Below, in pieces: positions 13,330-25,799 of a DNA stretch of 64,000 nt. The stretch spans positions 3,038,001 to 3,102,000 of the forward strand of contig NC_043004.1 in NCBI RefSeq assembly GCF_006345805.1, written 5' to 3'. The position numbers and the translations under genes were made by a program. Source of the stretch: Octopus sinensis. Taxonomy: Eukaryota. The notes under the pieces were generated by a model. That model was not told the origin of the DNA. It saw only the letters and a program-made list of their open reading frames with translations, and did not search any database. Numbering within the stretch: the stretch's first letter is position 1; every line of letters starts with the position of its first letter.

Positions 13330-14791
13330 TTGTTTTTACTATCGTTGTCGTCGTCATCATCATCATCATCATCATAGATGATAACACACTAGAAAATGTT
13401 TGTAGTTACAATCCCTTATTTATCTGCGTTAAAATAGGACACCATTTTTACTAACGCAAAATAATTGACTTTTGAAAGCGGAATTTTGAACGAATATATT
13501 TGAAACATTCTTATTGATGTTATACTCGTTGTTGTTTTCGGTGATGTTGTTTTTGTGTTCATGTTAAATAAAGACTAGGTCAACACAGATAAAGCAGGCA
13601 CAGGACAGAGATATATACAAATATTGACCATCTCATATTTTTCATTAATTTTCTTGTCATAGATTACCTTCAACTACCTTATCTCATGTCTCCTTATATT
13701 TTAAGATTCTAAAGATGATGCGAAGGCAATATGGCGGCTATATACAACATATCATGCGATCAGGAAGATGATCATCCGTTAACTTGTGTACTTGTGTGTG
13801 TACGCATATATATATATATATATATGCATTTACGTATATACATAAATATATATACATATATACATATATAACATATATATATATATACATATATACGTGT
13901 GTGTGTGTATGTATATATATGCTTACATATATATATAAATATACATAAATATATATACATATATAATGTATATATATATGTGTGTGTGTGTATATATTTG
14001 TATATATATGTTTACATATATATATAAATATACATAAATATATATACATATATAATGTAGATATATATATGGGTGTGTGTGTATGTATATATATATATAA
14101 ATATTTACTTGCATACATACGTACATACATACAGATGTGTGTGTGTGTGCGTGTGTGTGTGTGTGTTTATGTATGTATATGTATATATATATATATATAT
14201 ATGAGAATTGTACTTGCCTGGCAAATAATTTGATCTGAGACCGTATGTTGAAACAAAAGCAATTACAGTGTGGTAGACACATTTTAGCCATTCACACACT
14301 GTTAACTTCACTTTATCATCTTATTACTTATTGCCAAAATATCCGTCGCACTATCTGCGATCTGGTCAGTGACACAGTTGCACGGCTTATATAAATACAT
14401 AAGGAATTATTTGGACTTTGTTTAGTAGTGTGCCGTATAAAGTACTTACACCGGATAGGCTACCAGATGTCATTTAAGATTATGATATAATTGTCATTGG
14501 ATCCACGTCAGGAATTCCGCAATGTTCGTTGAGTTTATAATGAATGAAAGAAGCTGAAAATGAAGTTGATAAGAATCTTTTATTGTATGTTGAATGCTCG
14601 AAATGAAGAGTAGACATTCAGCTGACAACTGATGAAGGCTCCTTTCTCTGTGTTTACTTGTCCTGTTCTCCATTTTTTCTCTCGTTGTTTCTAAATATAT
14701 AACACGTTTGTTTACGTATTTCATGTTGTTTGAACTGTTGGTGATGTCCTGTACCCATATATATATTATATATATATGGTATGTATATATA

Positions 14792-14934
<143 letters not shown>

Positions 14935-15064
14935 GTATTTGTGTATGTATATATAGTATTCATCTATATGTGCATACGTATATTCATAATATTACTGTAT
15001 GTAACTCACACACACACGCACACAAACAAACGCTTGTATGTATATATGGGTGGGGTATATTTAT

Positions 15065-15200
15065 GTTTTTATCTTCTAGCATTAGACTGCGGCTATACTG
15101 GGGCACCATCTTAAATTGGTGTTAGTCGAACGAATCGACCCCAGTACATTTTTAAGCCAGGGATTTATTGTATCGATCTCATTTGCCGAGCTGTTACACA
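15065..15200 (-). mobile_element. SINE family B, 3' fragment
   Basis: gactgcggctatactggggcacc, gaatcgaccccagtac. Confidence 0.75.
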
Positions 15201-15409
15201 GTAGAGAAAGAGGCAAGCACAGACAGAAAGACACACACACATAGAAACTTCGTTGCACCGACAAGCCGAGATTGTATAAAGGCGATAGACTAAGCTGCAC
15301 ACTTCCTAGTGAGAAAAGGGAGAATGAAAGTTATCAATTCCTGAAACTTCGGACCGTAAATAGTGTCTTTCCTATGCCGGGAACCTGGATGACAAACAGA
15401 AACCCTAAC

Positions 15410-15482
<73 letters not shown>

Positions 15483-15819
15483 CATAAATTGGACATGCGC
15501 GATCGTTGTATTCTTTCTTGTCTTGAGGGTCACAGCCAAACGGCTGGGTGGATTCACGTAAAAAAGGGCACACATGTGGAGACAGGAGCATTTTGAATTT
15601 TTTTTTCCTAACCCCTATACTTACCGAGAAAATCAATTAAAACTTTTTCTAATGGAATTTCCCTCTTTCTTCTGCCATTAAAACAACCAGTTGCTTAGAA
15701 GCTGTTTTCTGCCGAGGTGGGGGTCAGGAAATTTTCATATAGCTGGAGACTCCAATCGAAACAGGGGACCCGAAATGATAAGGTTGACAAACCGAAAACG
15801 ATCACAGCCACATCATCCA

Positions 15820-15852
15820 AACAGACCGGGTGAAACCGGGATTAGCTGCTAG
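15820..15852 (+). mobile_element. Helitron-like 3' terminus
   Basis: accgggtgaaaccggg hairpin followed by ctgCTAG|T; 5' end not located. Confidence 0.5.
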
Positions 15853-16274
15853 TATATATATAAATAGATAGTGAGAGAGAGAAAATGAGGATGATTGTGG
15901 TGATGGGCCTTCTCATAGTATTTGACGCATGAGGACCAAAGAATTTAGCTTTTTCCATCCTTTTTGTTTTACAATACCGAGCATCATTTTATACATATTC
16001 TTTTATTTATTTATGTATTTCAACCCAAAGGCTCACAAAATTTAAATTTTCATTCTGGCTAATGGAACGGTTCGAAACCTCCATCGATGAGGCTAAGCTT
16101 TATGTCTAGGAATTAGTACCACTGTATGAGTTTTTTCTATTTTTAATTCTAATCCAAATTTGTTAAAGAATTTAGAAAGTTTCCTTAGATCTTTCTATTA
16201 TGTATGCGGTACAATCCATATATAAGGAAAAACAAGTATGGCCACCAGTAATAAGTACGCTTACAGAACCGGAA

Positions 16275-16690
16275 AGGACAACAGAACATGTAACTGTAGA
16301 CGAAAATAGAAATGTAGTTTAACAACAACTGCATGGTAATCAATATGGTTTACAAATGAATATGGTTTACGGGTACACAGAAATACGTGCACATTAGTGA
16401 TACCGGAGACACCATGAAAGATCGTCTGTGCAACTATCTTACGTCATTTTCCAATGTAAGTAAAAGGGTATTCCACATCACTATCTAACTTCAACTGAGG
16501 ACTCAAACAGAATGGAGCGGAACATACGACCATCTGGTCTATTATAAAAATGCTGCACCATACAAATGAACATCGTGGGTGTGCAACTTATGTCTAGAAG
16601 AAACCATGGAGATCACCTCATCCAGAGAAAACGTAATTAACAGACCCTCTGAAGTTATATCATTTGAGCATGAAAGCAATGCATCATTCT
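16275..16690 (+). mobile_element. Penelope-like element GIY-YIG endonuclease remnant
   Basis: Across frameshifts: RTCNCRRK*KC.L..NCMVINMVYK..YVHISDTGDTMKDR..NYLTSF..STSLS..WSIIK..CNLCLEETMEI..NVINRPSEVIS..H, the PLE C-terminal pattern. Confidence 0.8.
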
Positions 16691-17829
16691 TAGAATTCGA
16701 AAAAATTCATTTTGAAACAGAAAAACACCTACAGCCTTTAGCATATAACAAAACAAAGGAAGAATGCAAACAACTAAGCACAATAACCACTATTCTCATG
16801 TGCTATACCATTATACCATTTTACCATTTTACCACCAAAAGTATTTGAAAGGTCATTTTAAGGAAGTAACATTTGTCAAATCAAACAATGAACTCCAACA
16901 ACTGGATGGCTGTAGTAGCTGTACTTGCTGATCCGAATACTTCTGAATTCATTGAGGAGGGGGTTGCTGTGAATAAGATCATGCAAAATAACCATCCTGA
17001 CATCTGCAGACTCAAATAGCAAAATAAGTCTAACATCGGCATACACACCTCCACCTCCTTATAACTACTATTCCTTCCTGTTTTCCATCACCTTCCACAC
17101 CTCACCACCCCAAATACCCACACAAATGCCAACATACCCCAATCAACCTCCTTTTTCATCATAATTGGTGAAAAAGCCCTCAGTTAAACATCCATTAATG
17201 TTATTTGGCCCGAAGAAATGAATGCATGAATGTGATCTACCCGATACCCATGGATACTATGGACTACACTGTAATCATCCGAGGAATGCAGACTATGATC
17301 ATAAGAAACATGTGATTTGTGGAAACGCGCGTAGCAATACATTAAGATATGTATAAATTCCATCTAAAGATTACTATTGTTATCATTATATTTATCCTAC
17401 ATTATATCGGCAGGGCTCAGTTCAACCCCAAAAACAGGTATTGTCAGTTGGCATCATTAGGCTGTAACTGGCATAAAAGAAAAGGAAATTTATATGCAGA
17501 TTCAAATACGATTCATGCAAATGAACTTTAAGGATATTGTGTGTGTGTAGACACTGAATCATAGATATGAGTGTGTGTGCGTGTGTACATGCGTGTGTAA
17601 TCGTGTGTGAGTGTGTGTGTTTCCGTCTCTGAGATAACCCTCTTCTCTTAGAACATGGACATGGATGAAACGAATCAAAGAGAAGCAGAATTTGATCATG
17701 TATGATGACGGAAATCAATGATCCAAAACAATCAATCTTATGGTGTATACTGCATTTTACACACGCACAGACACACACAAGCACCCACACACGCACGCAC
17801 ATACACACACAAACACACACATATAAAGA

Positions 17830-18200
17830 TGTTACATGGACAAGGCCCAGCAGCTAGAGTTTTACCAGCGGAGAAACATAAGGAGAATCCTGCTTATCCA
17901 GGATGGAACGGAAGATAGTATGGTCAGCTCGAGTAAACCAATCTCTTCGGCATTGGAACTGAGTTTCCAGTGGCTGACCATCACCAACATATACTGAAGG
18001 ATCGACTGCACAGACAAGTCTTATGCATCCAAGTAAATGCACAAAAAGAGACACGCGATGCTCAAACGATGCGGTTCAAAAAATTCTTTTTAAATGTGGG
18101 ATCAACGTGCACGTGTGTGAATCGCCTTTAGAAATAAAAAGAGATCATTTAAAATGGGACCCGATTCTTGAAAACAGCACGACCTGAGCATCTCAGCGAG
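17830..18200 (+). mobile_element. RTE-clade LINE remnant (RT C-terminal region)
   Basis: QQLEFYQRRNIRRIL..; KDRLHRQVL..MRFK..KCGINVH resemble the RTE LE.FHQRCLRRIL / DRLPKQ.L..RFKD..K..GI pattern. Confidence 0.6.
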
Positions 18201-18423
18201 AGACATGGGCAGAAAAGACAACGTTCCCCTATCAACGATGTAACTATTCTCCTGAGAGGACACAAATGCTTGACAAGCAGCTGGGTGTATATATTTATTT
18301 ATGTATGTATGTATGTACGTACGTATGTATGTATGTATGTATGTATGTATCTATGTATGTATGTATGTATGTATGTATGTATGTATAAATGTATGTATGT
18401 ATGCATGTATGTGTGTGTATATA

Positions 18424-18990
18424 TACGAGGGTCAGTCAAAATGTAAGGCCATTTTGTTTATGACAGGTATAATTACCAACACAGAAATATGCATCATACA
18501 TCAAAATGAAGCTGGTCCTCTGTGGATCTCATCCCTATTTCTCAACATATTCACCGTTTCTCTCAATAGCAATGTTCCACCTTCGAATGAGAGTTTGTAT
18601 CCCTGCCCCGTAAAATTATGCTGACTGTTCTTTGAGCCACTTCTTCACTACAGTTTTCACTTCCTCGTCACTGGCATAATGTTTGCCTCTCAAACCCTTT
18701 TTCATGGGGCCAAAGAGTTGATAGTCCACTGACGATGATAGTCCAGTGACGAGGAAGTGAAAACTGTAGTGAAGAAGTGGTTCAAAGAACAGACAACAGA
18801 ATTTTACGGGCAGGGATACATGCTCTCATTCGAAGGTGGAACATTGCTATTGAGAGAAACGGTGACTTGTTGAGAAGTAGGGACGTGATTCACAGAGGAC
18901 CAGCTTCCTTTTGATGTATGATACATGTTCTTTTGTTGGTAATTATACTTGTCCTAAACAAAATGACATTCCTTTTTGATTCACCTCGTA
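18424..18990. mobile_element. Fold-back MITE made of two mariner transposase 3' ends
   Basis: TACGAGGG...CCTCGTA ends; arms ~250-300 bp inverted; both arms read SDEEVKTVVKKW.KEQ..FY..GI..LIRRWNIAIERNG toward the termini. Confidence 0.92.
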
Positions 18991-18993
18991 TAT

Positions 18994-19085
<92 letters not shown>

Positions 19086-19098
19086 ACATGCATATATA

Positions 19099-19137
<39 letters not shown>

Positions 19138-19169
19138 TACATATATGTATCTGGGTGTGTGCGTGTGCG

Positions 19170-19385
19170 TGTCACTTTGTAAATGTCTCTCACCGCTTGA
19201 GAACCGGTTTTGAATATTTATACTCCCGTAAATTAACGGTTTTTCAAAACAAAGCAGATATTATAAGCAGCAGATATAGTTGAAGTATTCAAATAGTTGA
19301 AATCGAGGAAATCTTGTCCAATCTTCAAAATATTGCTCCAGTAAAGCCGCAGTCCAATGACTGAAACAAGTTAATTGAATAAAAA
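19170..19385 (+). mobile_element. SINE family B, 3' half, diverged
   Basis: caccgcttgagaaccgg...gctccagtaaagccgcagtccaatgactgaaac. Confidence 0.7.
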
Positions 19386-19614
19386 AAATGTGTGTGTATG
19401 TTTGCATGTGTGTGCGTGTGTGTGTATTTGTGTGTGTATGTGGATGTGTGCGTATGTGTGTATGTGCGTGTGTGTGTGTGTACATACAAAGGACTCTCCC
19501 GTGGTTAGACCATGTATGAGGGTTCGACAATTCCATACCGAACAACCACACAGATGATTGTTTATAGTCATTAAGCTCACTCCCACCACAAAATTCGACA
19601 TCACCTGTACAGGT

Positions 19615-19762
19615 GAAACGGGTGCCTCATGTCAGATGACGAAATTATCGTAGAGCAGTGTGAAATAACGTGCTTTGCTCAAGAACACAACGCAACGCCC
19701 GGTCTGGGAATCGAACCCACGATCTTGCTGTCTTGAGTGCAACACCTTCACCGCTAAGCCAT
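19615..19762 (-). mobile_element. tRNA-derived SINE (family C) head
   Basis: Minus: tggcttagcggt A-box, ggttcgattccc B-box, gtgttcttgagcaaagcac. Confidence 0.75.
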
Positions 19763-20071
19763 GTTAGCATCAAAGTTTCCTAGGTTTAATCCTAAATATC
19801 GATGAAATACTCAGGAGTCACGTTTAACTTAGTAGACACAAATATTAAACATGTTAGGAATCCAGCTATATTATTATATCTCTGTTCAGTTCCTTATATA
19901 TGACGAAATAATTAATTCGCAATTTTCAAAATGCAGTTTTAATTCATAAATTCGTAATTTGACTGAGCTGGGTATGGAAACATTTGTAGGCAAATCTGAA
20001 TTGACAGTAGATTAATAAACTGATGTTATCTGTTAAAACACTCTGTTTTCTTTTTTAACATATACTATATA

Positions 20072-20112
<41 letters not shown>

Positions 20113-20137
20113 TGTGTGTGTGTGGTGTGTGTGTGTA

Positions 20138-20330
20138 GGGAGAATTCACGAAAAAAACAAAAGACGAAGCCTGGTGGTGTAGAAAACAAACAGATGTATT
20201 AGTATAACGCTCAGGAATAGAAAAAGTCTTTTACGTTTCGAGCCTACGCTCTTCCACAAAAAGGAACACAGAAAGAAACAAGGAGAGAAAAAAATGTATG
20301 TGTGTATTGGCTACCGATCTATCATGGTGA
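20138..20330 (-). mobile_element. Short HHR-bearing repeat, family 2; HHR motif 20228-20263 with decayed core UUGUGGA
   Basis: Same sequence at 35300-35482, 47140-47380 and 58832-59012. Confidence 0.88.
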
Positions 20331-20906
20331 CATATGCGTATATATATATATATATATATAAGTAGTGTTTTAAGAGCAACCTACCTGATGAAGTGCCGGC
20401 ACACAACTGCTGCTAAATCATTTATTTATGTAATTATTTATTAAATGATTTCTGTAATGGTATGGGACTGAAATGAAAACTCAGCAACTTGAAACTGTTG
20501 CCACTGCACAGAAACGTTTGTTGTGATTTGTGATTAAAGACTGTTTATTTTATCTTCTTCTTGTATAAATTTCTCTGCGCGTATGTGTGTGTGTGTGTGT
20601 GTGTATGTAGTTATACTAAGAAACTAACCTAAAGTAGAGAGCAATGGAAAAAGAACGCAGCTAGAAAATGGCGGAGTAAAGTAACAATAATCTCTAAATT
20701 AAATTGGAAGTCGTTGAAAAGCGAATTCCAATTTCGGTCAGTGTTCTAGGAGCGGTAGAATGAGATGGAGAGATAAAGCGAGAGAAGAAGAGAGAGATAC
20801 AGGAAAAGAGAGAGAGTGGAAATAATAGAGACGAAACAGTGATATATTGATAAAGGGAAATAGAATAACAACAGAACGAGGGAGAGTGGGAAAGATATAT
20901 ATATTA

Positions 20907-20973
<67 letters not shown>

Positions 20974-21476
20974 CTATATATATATATATATATATGTGTG
21001 TAGGCTACAGACAGACACAGAAATAGGAGGGTTCAGTGTACCGAATGAGAAATTACCTTTTGACATGTATTTCTGGTGTTATACAGCTTATATTGAATAT
21101 TCAGCAAAGTACATATCTCTCTGTCTCTCTCCCTTTCTCTCTCTCTCTCTCTCCGTTTCACTTCATATGTATGTATATATATATATATATTTGCATATGT
21201 AATGTAACAGTTTAGAAAAAAAACATTGTTTTCATATCTAGCGTGAACTAAACATCTCTTTTGATTTATGATCTTATAACGAAGATATATATATATAGAT
21301 AGGAGGGAAGGGAGGAGGGGAGAAAGAGAGAGAGAGAAGGGAGAGGGAGAGAGAGAGGGAAGAGAAAGAGGGAGATAGGGAGGGAGAGAAAGAAGGAGAT
21401 AGAGAGGTAGAGAGGGGGAGAGAGAGAAGGAGGGAGAGAGGTGGAGAGAGACGTCACTAAAGGGACAGAGAGTAGA

Positions 21477-21820
21477 AAGTGGTACTAGCCTTGCTAGACA
21501 TAAGAGTCAAAACGACTCTTCCACAAAAGCACTTATTAAGCTAACACGGGGAACAAAACTCCCTACCATTGAAAACCAGTTGAAAACCTGTGCTGAGTTC
21601 AAATAGTTAAAAGTTGACGAGGTGTGGTGAGCTTAACCCTAGGCGCAGTAAGAGCCACTTATGAGAATTAAGATGCTCTACATCAAAATTCGAAATCACG
21701 TGATATGGCTATATCTGCGAGCGTAGGGAGCTTTGTCTCCCTTGTCAGCATACTAAGATAGTGCTTTTGTGGCGAATGAATCCTTGTGACTCTTATTTCT
21801 AGCAAAGCAGGTACCACTTT
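21477..21820. mobile_element. MITE-like element with ~55-bp imperfect TIRs
   Basis: aaagtggtactagccttgctagacataagagtc..ccacaaaagcact vs agtgcttttgtgg..gactcttatttctagcaaagcaggtaccacttt. Confidence 0.75.
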
Positions 21821-23097
21821 GTACCCGCCTGTCACTTTGGTGAGGTCTATATGTTTGGCTTTAGTTATTAAATTGCTTAATAAGTCACCCTCATTATATA
21901 TGCATATTTCCTAACAACAATGTCTGAAGGACGCAGAGTGTAATAGCAGACCTTTGAAGCAAGTCTGATGCAGTTCCTCTACAATGTCTAAAACCGCAAA
22001 TATTACGTGATTTTCCATTTAGAATTTTCGCGTAAGCTGGCGCTGCAAATAGAGATGGTACGGAAATATATGTAACTTATAATTAAAGATGCGTTAATGA
22101 ATTTTCCATGTCTTCTTTTCTTTGTATGTATATATATATATATAAATATATATATACACACACATACATACATACATACGTACATACATACATACATACA
22201 TATATACATACATACATACATACATACATACATACATACATACATACATACATAAACACAGATAGACGCACAAAGACACACAAACATATATATATATATA
22301 TATAGTTTTTATTATGTTAAACTGTCGTATGTCCAAATATGACCAAATGCGTTTCTTTCAATATTTATTTTTGCTTACAATAGCCGGTTACTAGGTCAAA
22401 CTATCGTATCTCCAGCTACTTTAGATGCCAGGTTATCAGAAATTGTCAAAGTGCAGTACAACGGTTTTGCTATGGAATGGTGAATTTTTTTTCGGTTTCT
22501 CAAAAACCAACGTTTTGGACTTACGACACTTTTGCATAATAGCAACGATATACATATGCACTCATGTGTATATCAAGAGACATGGTCTTCAGGCAGTGTT
22601 AAAGTCCCCTTTTATAAATGCATCTATATGTATGCGTGTGTGTGTCTGTCTGATAGTGTGTGTATATGCATATGTGTGTCTGCGTTTGTGTCAGTGTGTG
22701 TGTGTATGTGTGTAGAAATTGATATTTATGTTTATAAACTTAGGTTAAATAACTTATCTGCCCATGCTTCTGATACTATGTATGGCAAGTTACAGATTCC
22801 GTATGCATACGAGTGTGTAGCCTTTACTTCAACTTTAATGATGACATTTGTACAAATTTCTCACTTATCCATAACAATTCTTATATTGATTTACGTTTAT
22901 TATTATATTATCTCTTGTATTATTTTTATTTACATATTTATTCATTTTTCCCTCTTTTACCCAGGTGTTTTCCTTTTCCTGCCTCTTCTACTTCATCATT
23001 TTCCCCTCCTCTTCTCCCCCACCCAGGTTCTTTTTATATCTTTTGTTTTGTTGTTGTTATTGTTGTTGCTGTTGTTCTTAATCTTCTTTTCCTCTCC

Positions 23098-23144
<47 letters not shown>

Positions 23145-23244
23145 CATTATTGGGGTCGATGTAATAGACTGTCCCCCTCCCCCAATTTTTAGGCTTGTGC
23201 CTATAGTAGAAAAGATTATCATTATTATTTTTATTGTTGTTGCT

Positions 23245-23497
23245 ATTAGTACTCCTAAACACTCAACAGATTAGAATGTTGGGAAAGAATCCCCACAGCG
23301 GGCAACAACAAGTAGTCTTAGATACCAAGAACCTTCCCAACTGTCCTAGCCGTCCCTAATAATACCGGTTTTCTGGGGTTGTACTGAACTAGGTTTTATG
23401 CCTATTTCCTCTATTCATCTGTTCAGATCTTTGGGGATAGTTCCCAGTCTACCTATAACTACTGGGATACATTTTAGCCGCACTTACTATATTCTCT

Positions 23498-23498
<1 letters not shown>
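23245..23498 (-). mobile_element. R4/Dong-like RLE element 3' end
   Basis: KCIPVVIGRLGTIPKDL..IEEIGIK..QKTVLLGTARTVGKVLGI* (with a frameshift); between (TTA)n tracts. Confidence 0.85.
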
Positions 23499-23574
<76 letters not shown>

Positions 23575-23611
23575 TTTATTTTTATTTTTTTATTTTTTTT
23601 TATTATCATTA

Positions 23612-23795
23612 TTTTCATTGGCGCTTTTGCTCTGGCACATGTTATATCAGCAATATACCAGAAGTGCGAGACATATCAGATGGCCAAAAGGTCATTCTGT
23701 CTTTAGCTTTTTAAGCATCTTCCTTGGAATACTTGCTGTTCCGAACGACGCTGTTTTCTGCAACAGCCTCGTTCTGATGGTAATTTCTTGCTTTT
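23612..23795 (-). mobile_element. Second R4/Dong-like 3' end
   Basis: LLQKTASFGTASIPRKMLKS* then UTR running into a TAA-like tail. Confidence 0.7.
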
Positions 23796-24109
23796 ATCAT
23801 TGTTAAAATGTGGGTGAAGGAAGCCCGAATAGTCGAATGAACGGGCCTACTCTACGTATGCGCCTCTAGGTCGATGGTGGATGAAGTGGAGAGGGCACTT
23901 GCCCTAGAGATCAGTGAGATCGTGGCTTTTGTCGTCTTCCACGAGCAGATCCTAGCCGTCTCCCTCTTTTGGGGATTTATTTGTTATAATATTATTTTCT
24001 CCTTTTTTTTACGAGACTCAGTTCCACTCTGTATGGATTGTATTGTCCAGTAACATCCTCAATATTTTATGGATGAAACCTCAGTGTTAATAAAGAAAAA
24101 ATTATTAAT

Positions 24110-24576
24110 GAGTGAGAGAGCAGTGCATGACGTCAAAGTGACACGGGAGCAAACTATTTGAAGCATTATAAACCCATTATGACTACCCGTCTGTTAAGAG
24201 TCCACCAGCCACTTGTATCATAAGCATATGTACGCGACATGGTGACCTTACACCAAGATAAACAGTGCATTAGAATTTTCTTCAGGCCGAGTAGTTCATC
24301 TCGCTAAAAAGGTCCCGGAATGAGGTTTTCTTAAGGATGTTGAACAAAACACCTATATTTGCAGAAGTGAATTATTCAAACCCCAAAGAATTCCTCTAAA
24401 CACATGGCTATAAGGCTCCCCCCACTACATTCGCTCTGATTACAGATGCACATATCATCAGCCAATAAGGAACATTCCTAACTGATCATGGTCAAGCAAC
24501 TCACCAGCAAATCTGTGGTACTGAGCTGAATATTTGCTGTAGCCCATTTTTTATACTAAGACAAATCATGTACATG
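24110..24576. mobile_element. ~560-bp element, copy C, truncated
   Basis: gagtgagagagcagtgcatg start; colinear with other copies; ends at a (TAC)n(TGC)n tract. Confidence 0.88.
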
Positions 24577-24579
24577 TAT

Positions 24580-24664
<85 letters not shown>

Positions 24665-24908
24665 ACTACTACTACTACTACTACTACTACTAATGCTGCT
24701 ATTGTTGTTGTCCTTCTTCTTCTCCTTCATGTTAATATTATTATGAATCGCTTTTCTCTATACTTTTATTTACTTAATTACTAAAAAAATTTCACATTTG
24801 CAGTTATTGTTATTCAGTTACAATATTTGTTTTATTTAGCGCGTCGTACAAAATGTCTTCAGCATTTGTTTTTTGTTTTTTTTGTCGACATCTATCCTTA
24901 CAGGATCG

Positions 24909-25192
24909 ATAATGTTTGCCGCTCAAACCCTCTCTCATGCGGCCGAAGAGATGATAGTCCAGTGACGAGGAAGTGAAAACTGTAGTGAAGAACTGGCTCA
25001 ATTTTACGAGCAGTGATACATGATCTCATTCAAAGGTGGAACTTTGCTATTGAGAGAAACGGTGACTCTGTTGAGAAGTATGGTTGTGATCCACAGAGGA
25101 CCAGCTTCATTTTGGTGTATGGTACATGTTCCTGTGTTGGTAATTATACCTGTCCTTAACAAAATGGCATTACTTTTTGACTCACTCTCGTA
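24909..25192. mobile_element. Partial second copy of the mariner fold-back MITE
   Basis: Short left arm (DYHLFGRMREGLSGKHY on minus), same junction gatagtcc|agtgacgagg at 24960/24961, right arm to ctctcgTA. Confidence 0.9.
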
Positions 25193-25423
25193 CATAATGA
25201 TGAAAGGAAGAAAATGAAGAATTATGGATGTTTGAATAATTTACTTGCATTTAAATAAATTATTCAAAGATCCATAATTCTCCATTTCCTTCCTTTCATT
25301 ATTATTACCAATATGTATTATTATAACAAATCGCCGAGACTTTCTCCTTATATGATAGTGATTAACCAGTGGAACTTTAGGATTACTTAATCCCTAATGA
25401 GGACCTAACATCCTCAAATTGAC

Positions 25424-25500
<77 letters not shown>

Positions 25501-25514
25501 TATATATTTACATA

Positions 25515-25675
25515 TATATACATACATACAAGATTCTTTCAGTTTCCGGTTACCAAATTCACTCTCAAGGCTTTGGACGAGGCTACTGTAGAAGACATTT
25601 GCTACGCAGTGAAACTGAACCCGGAACCATGTGTTTGAGGAGCAAAAATCTTACCATTGAGCCACAGTTGTGCCT
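25515..25675 (-). mobile_element. SINE family B, 5' half
   Basis: ttctttcagtttccg..actgaacccggaaccatgtg. Confidence 0.8.
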
Positions 25676-25799
25676 ATTGTTCTAGATACTATTAAGGTTC
25701 CCACACGTTTATATAGTTTGTGCCAACCACACATCTTATTGCCTCTGTTCTGTTGTCATGGACTGATAAATACTATTCTTTGAAGTCGTTATTTCCTGT

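Noticed and set aside
20380-20410. cctgatgaagtgccggcac
   Set aside because: CUGAUGA present but no downstream GAAAC
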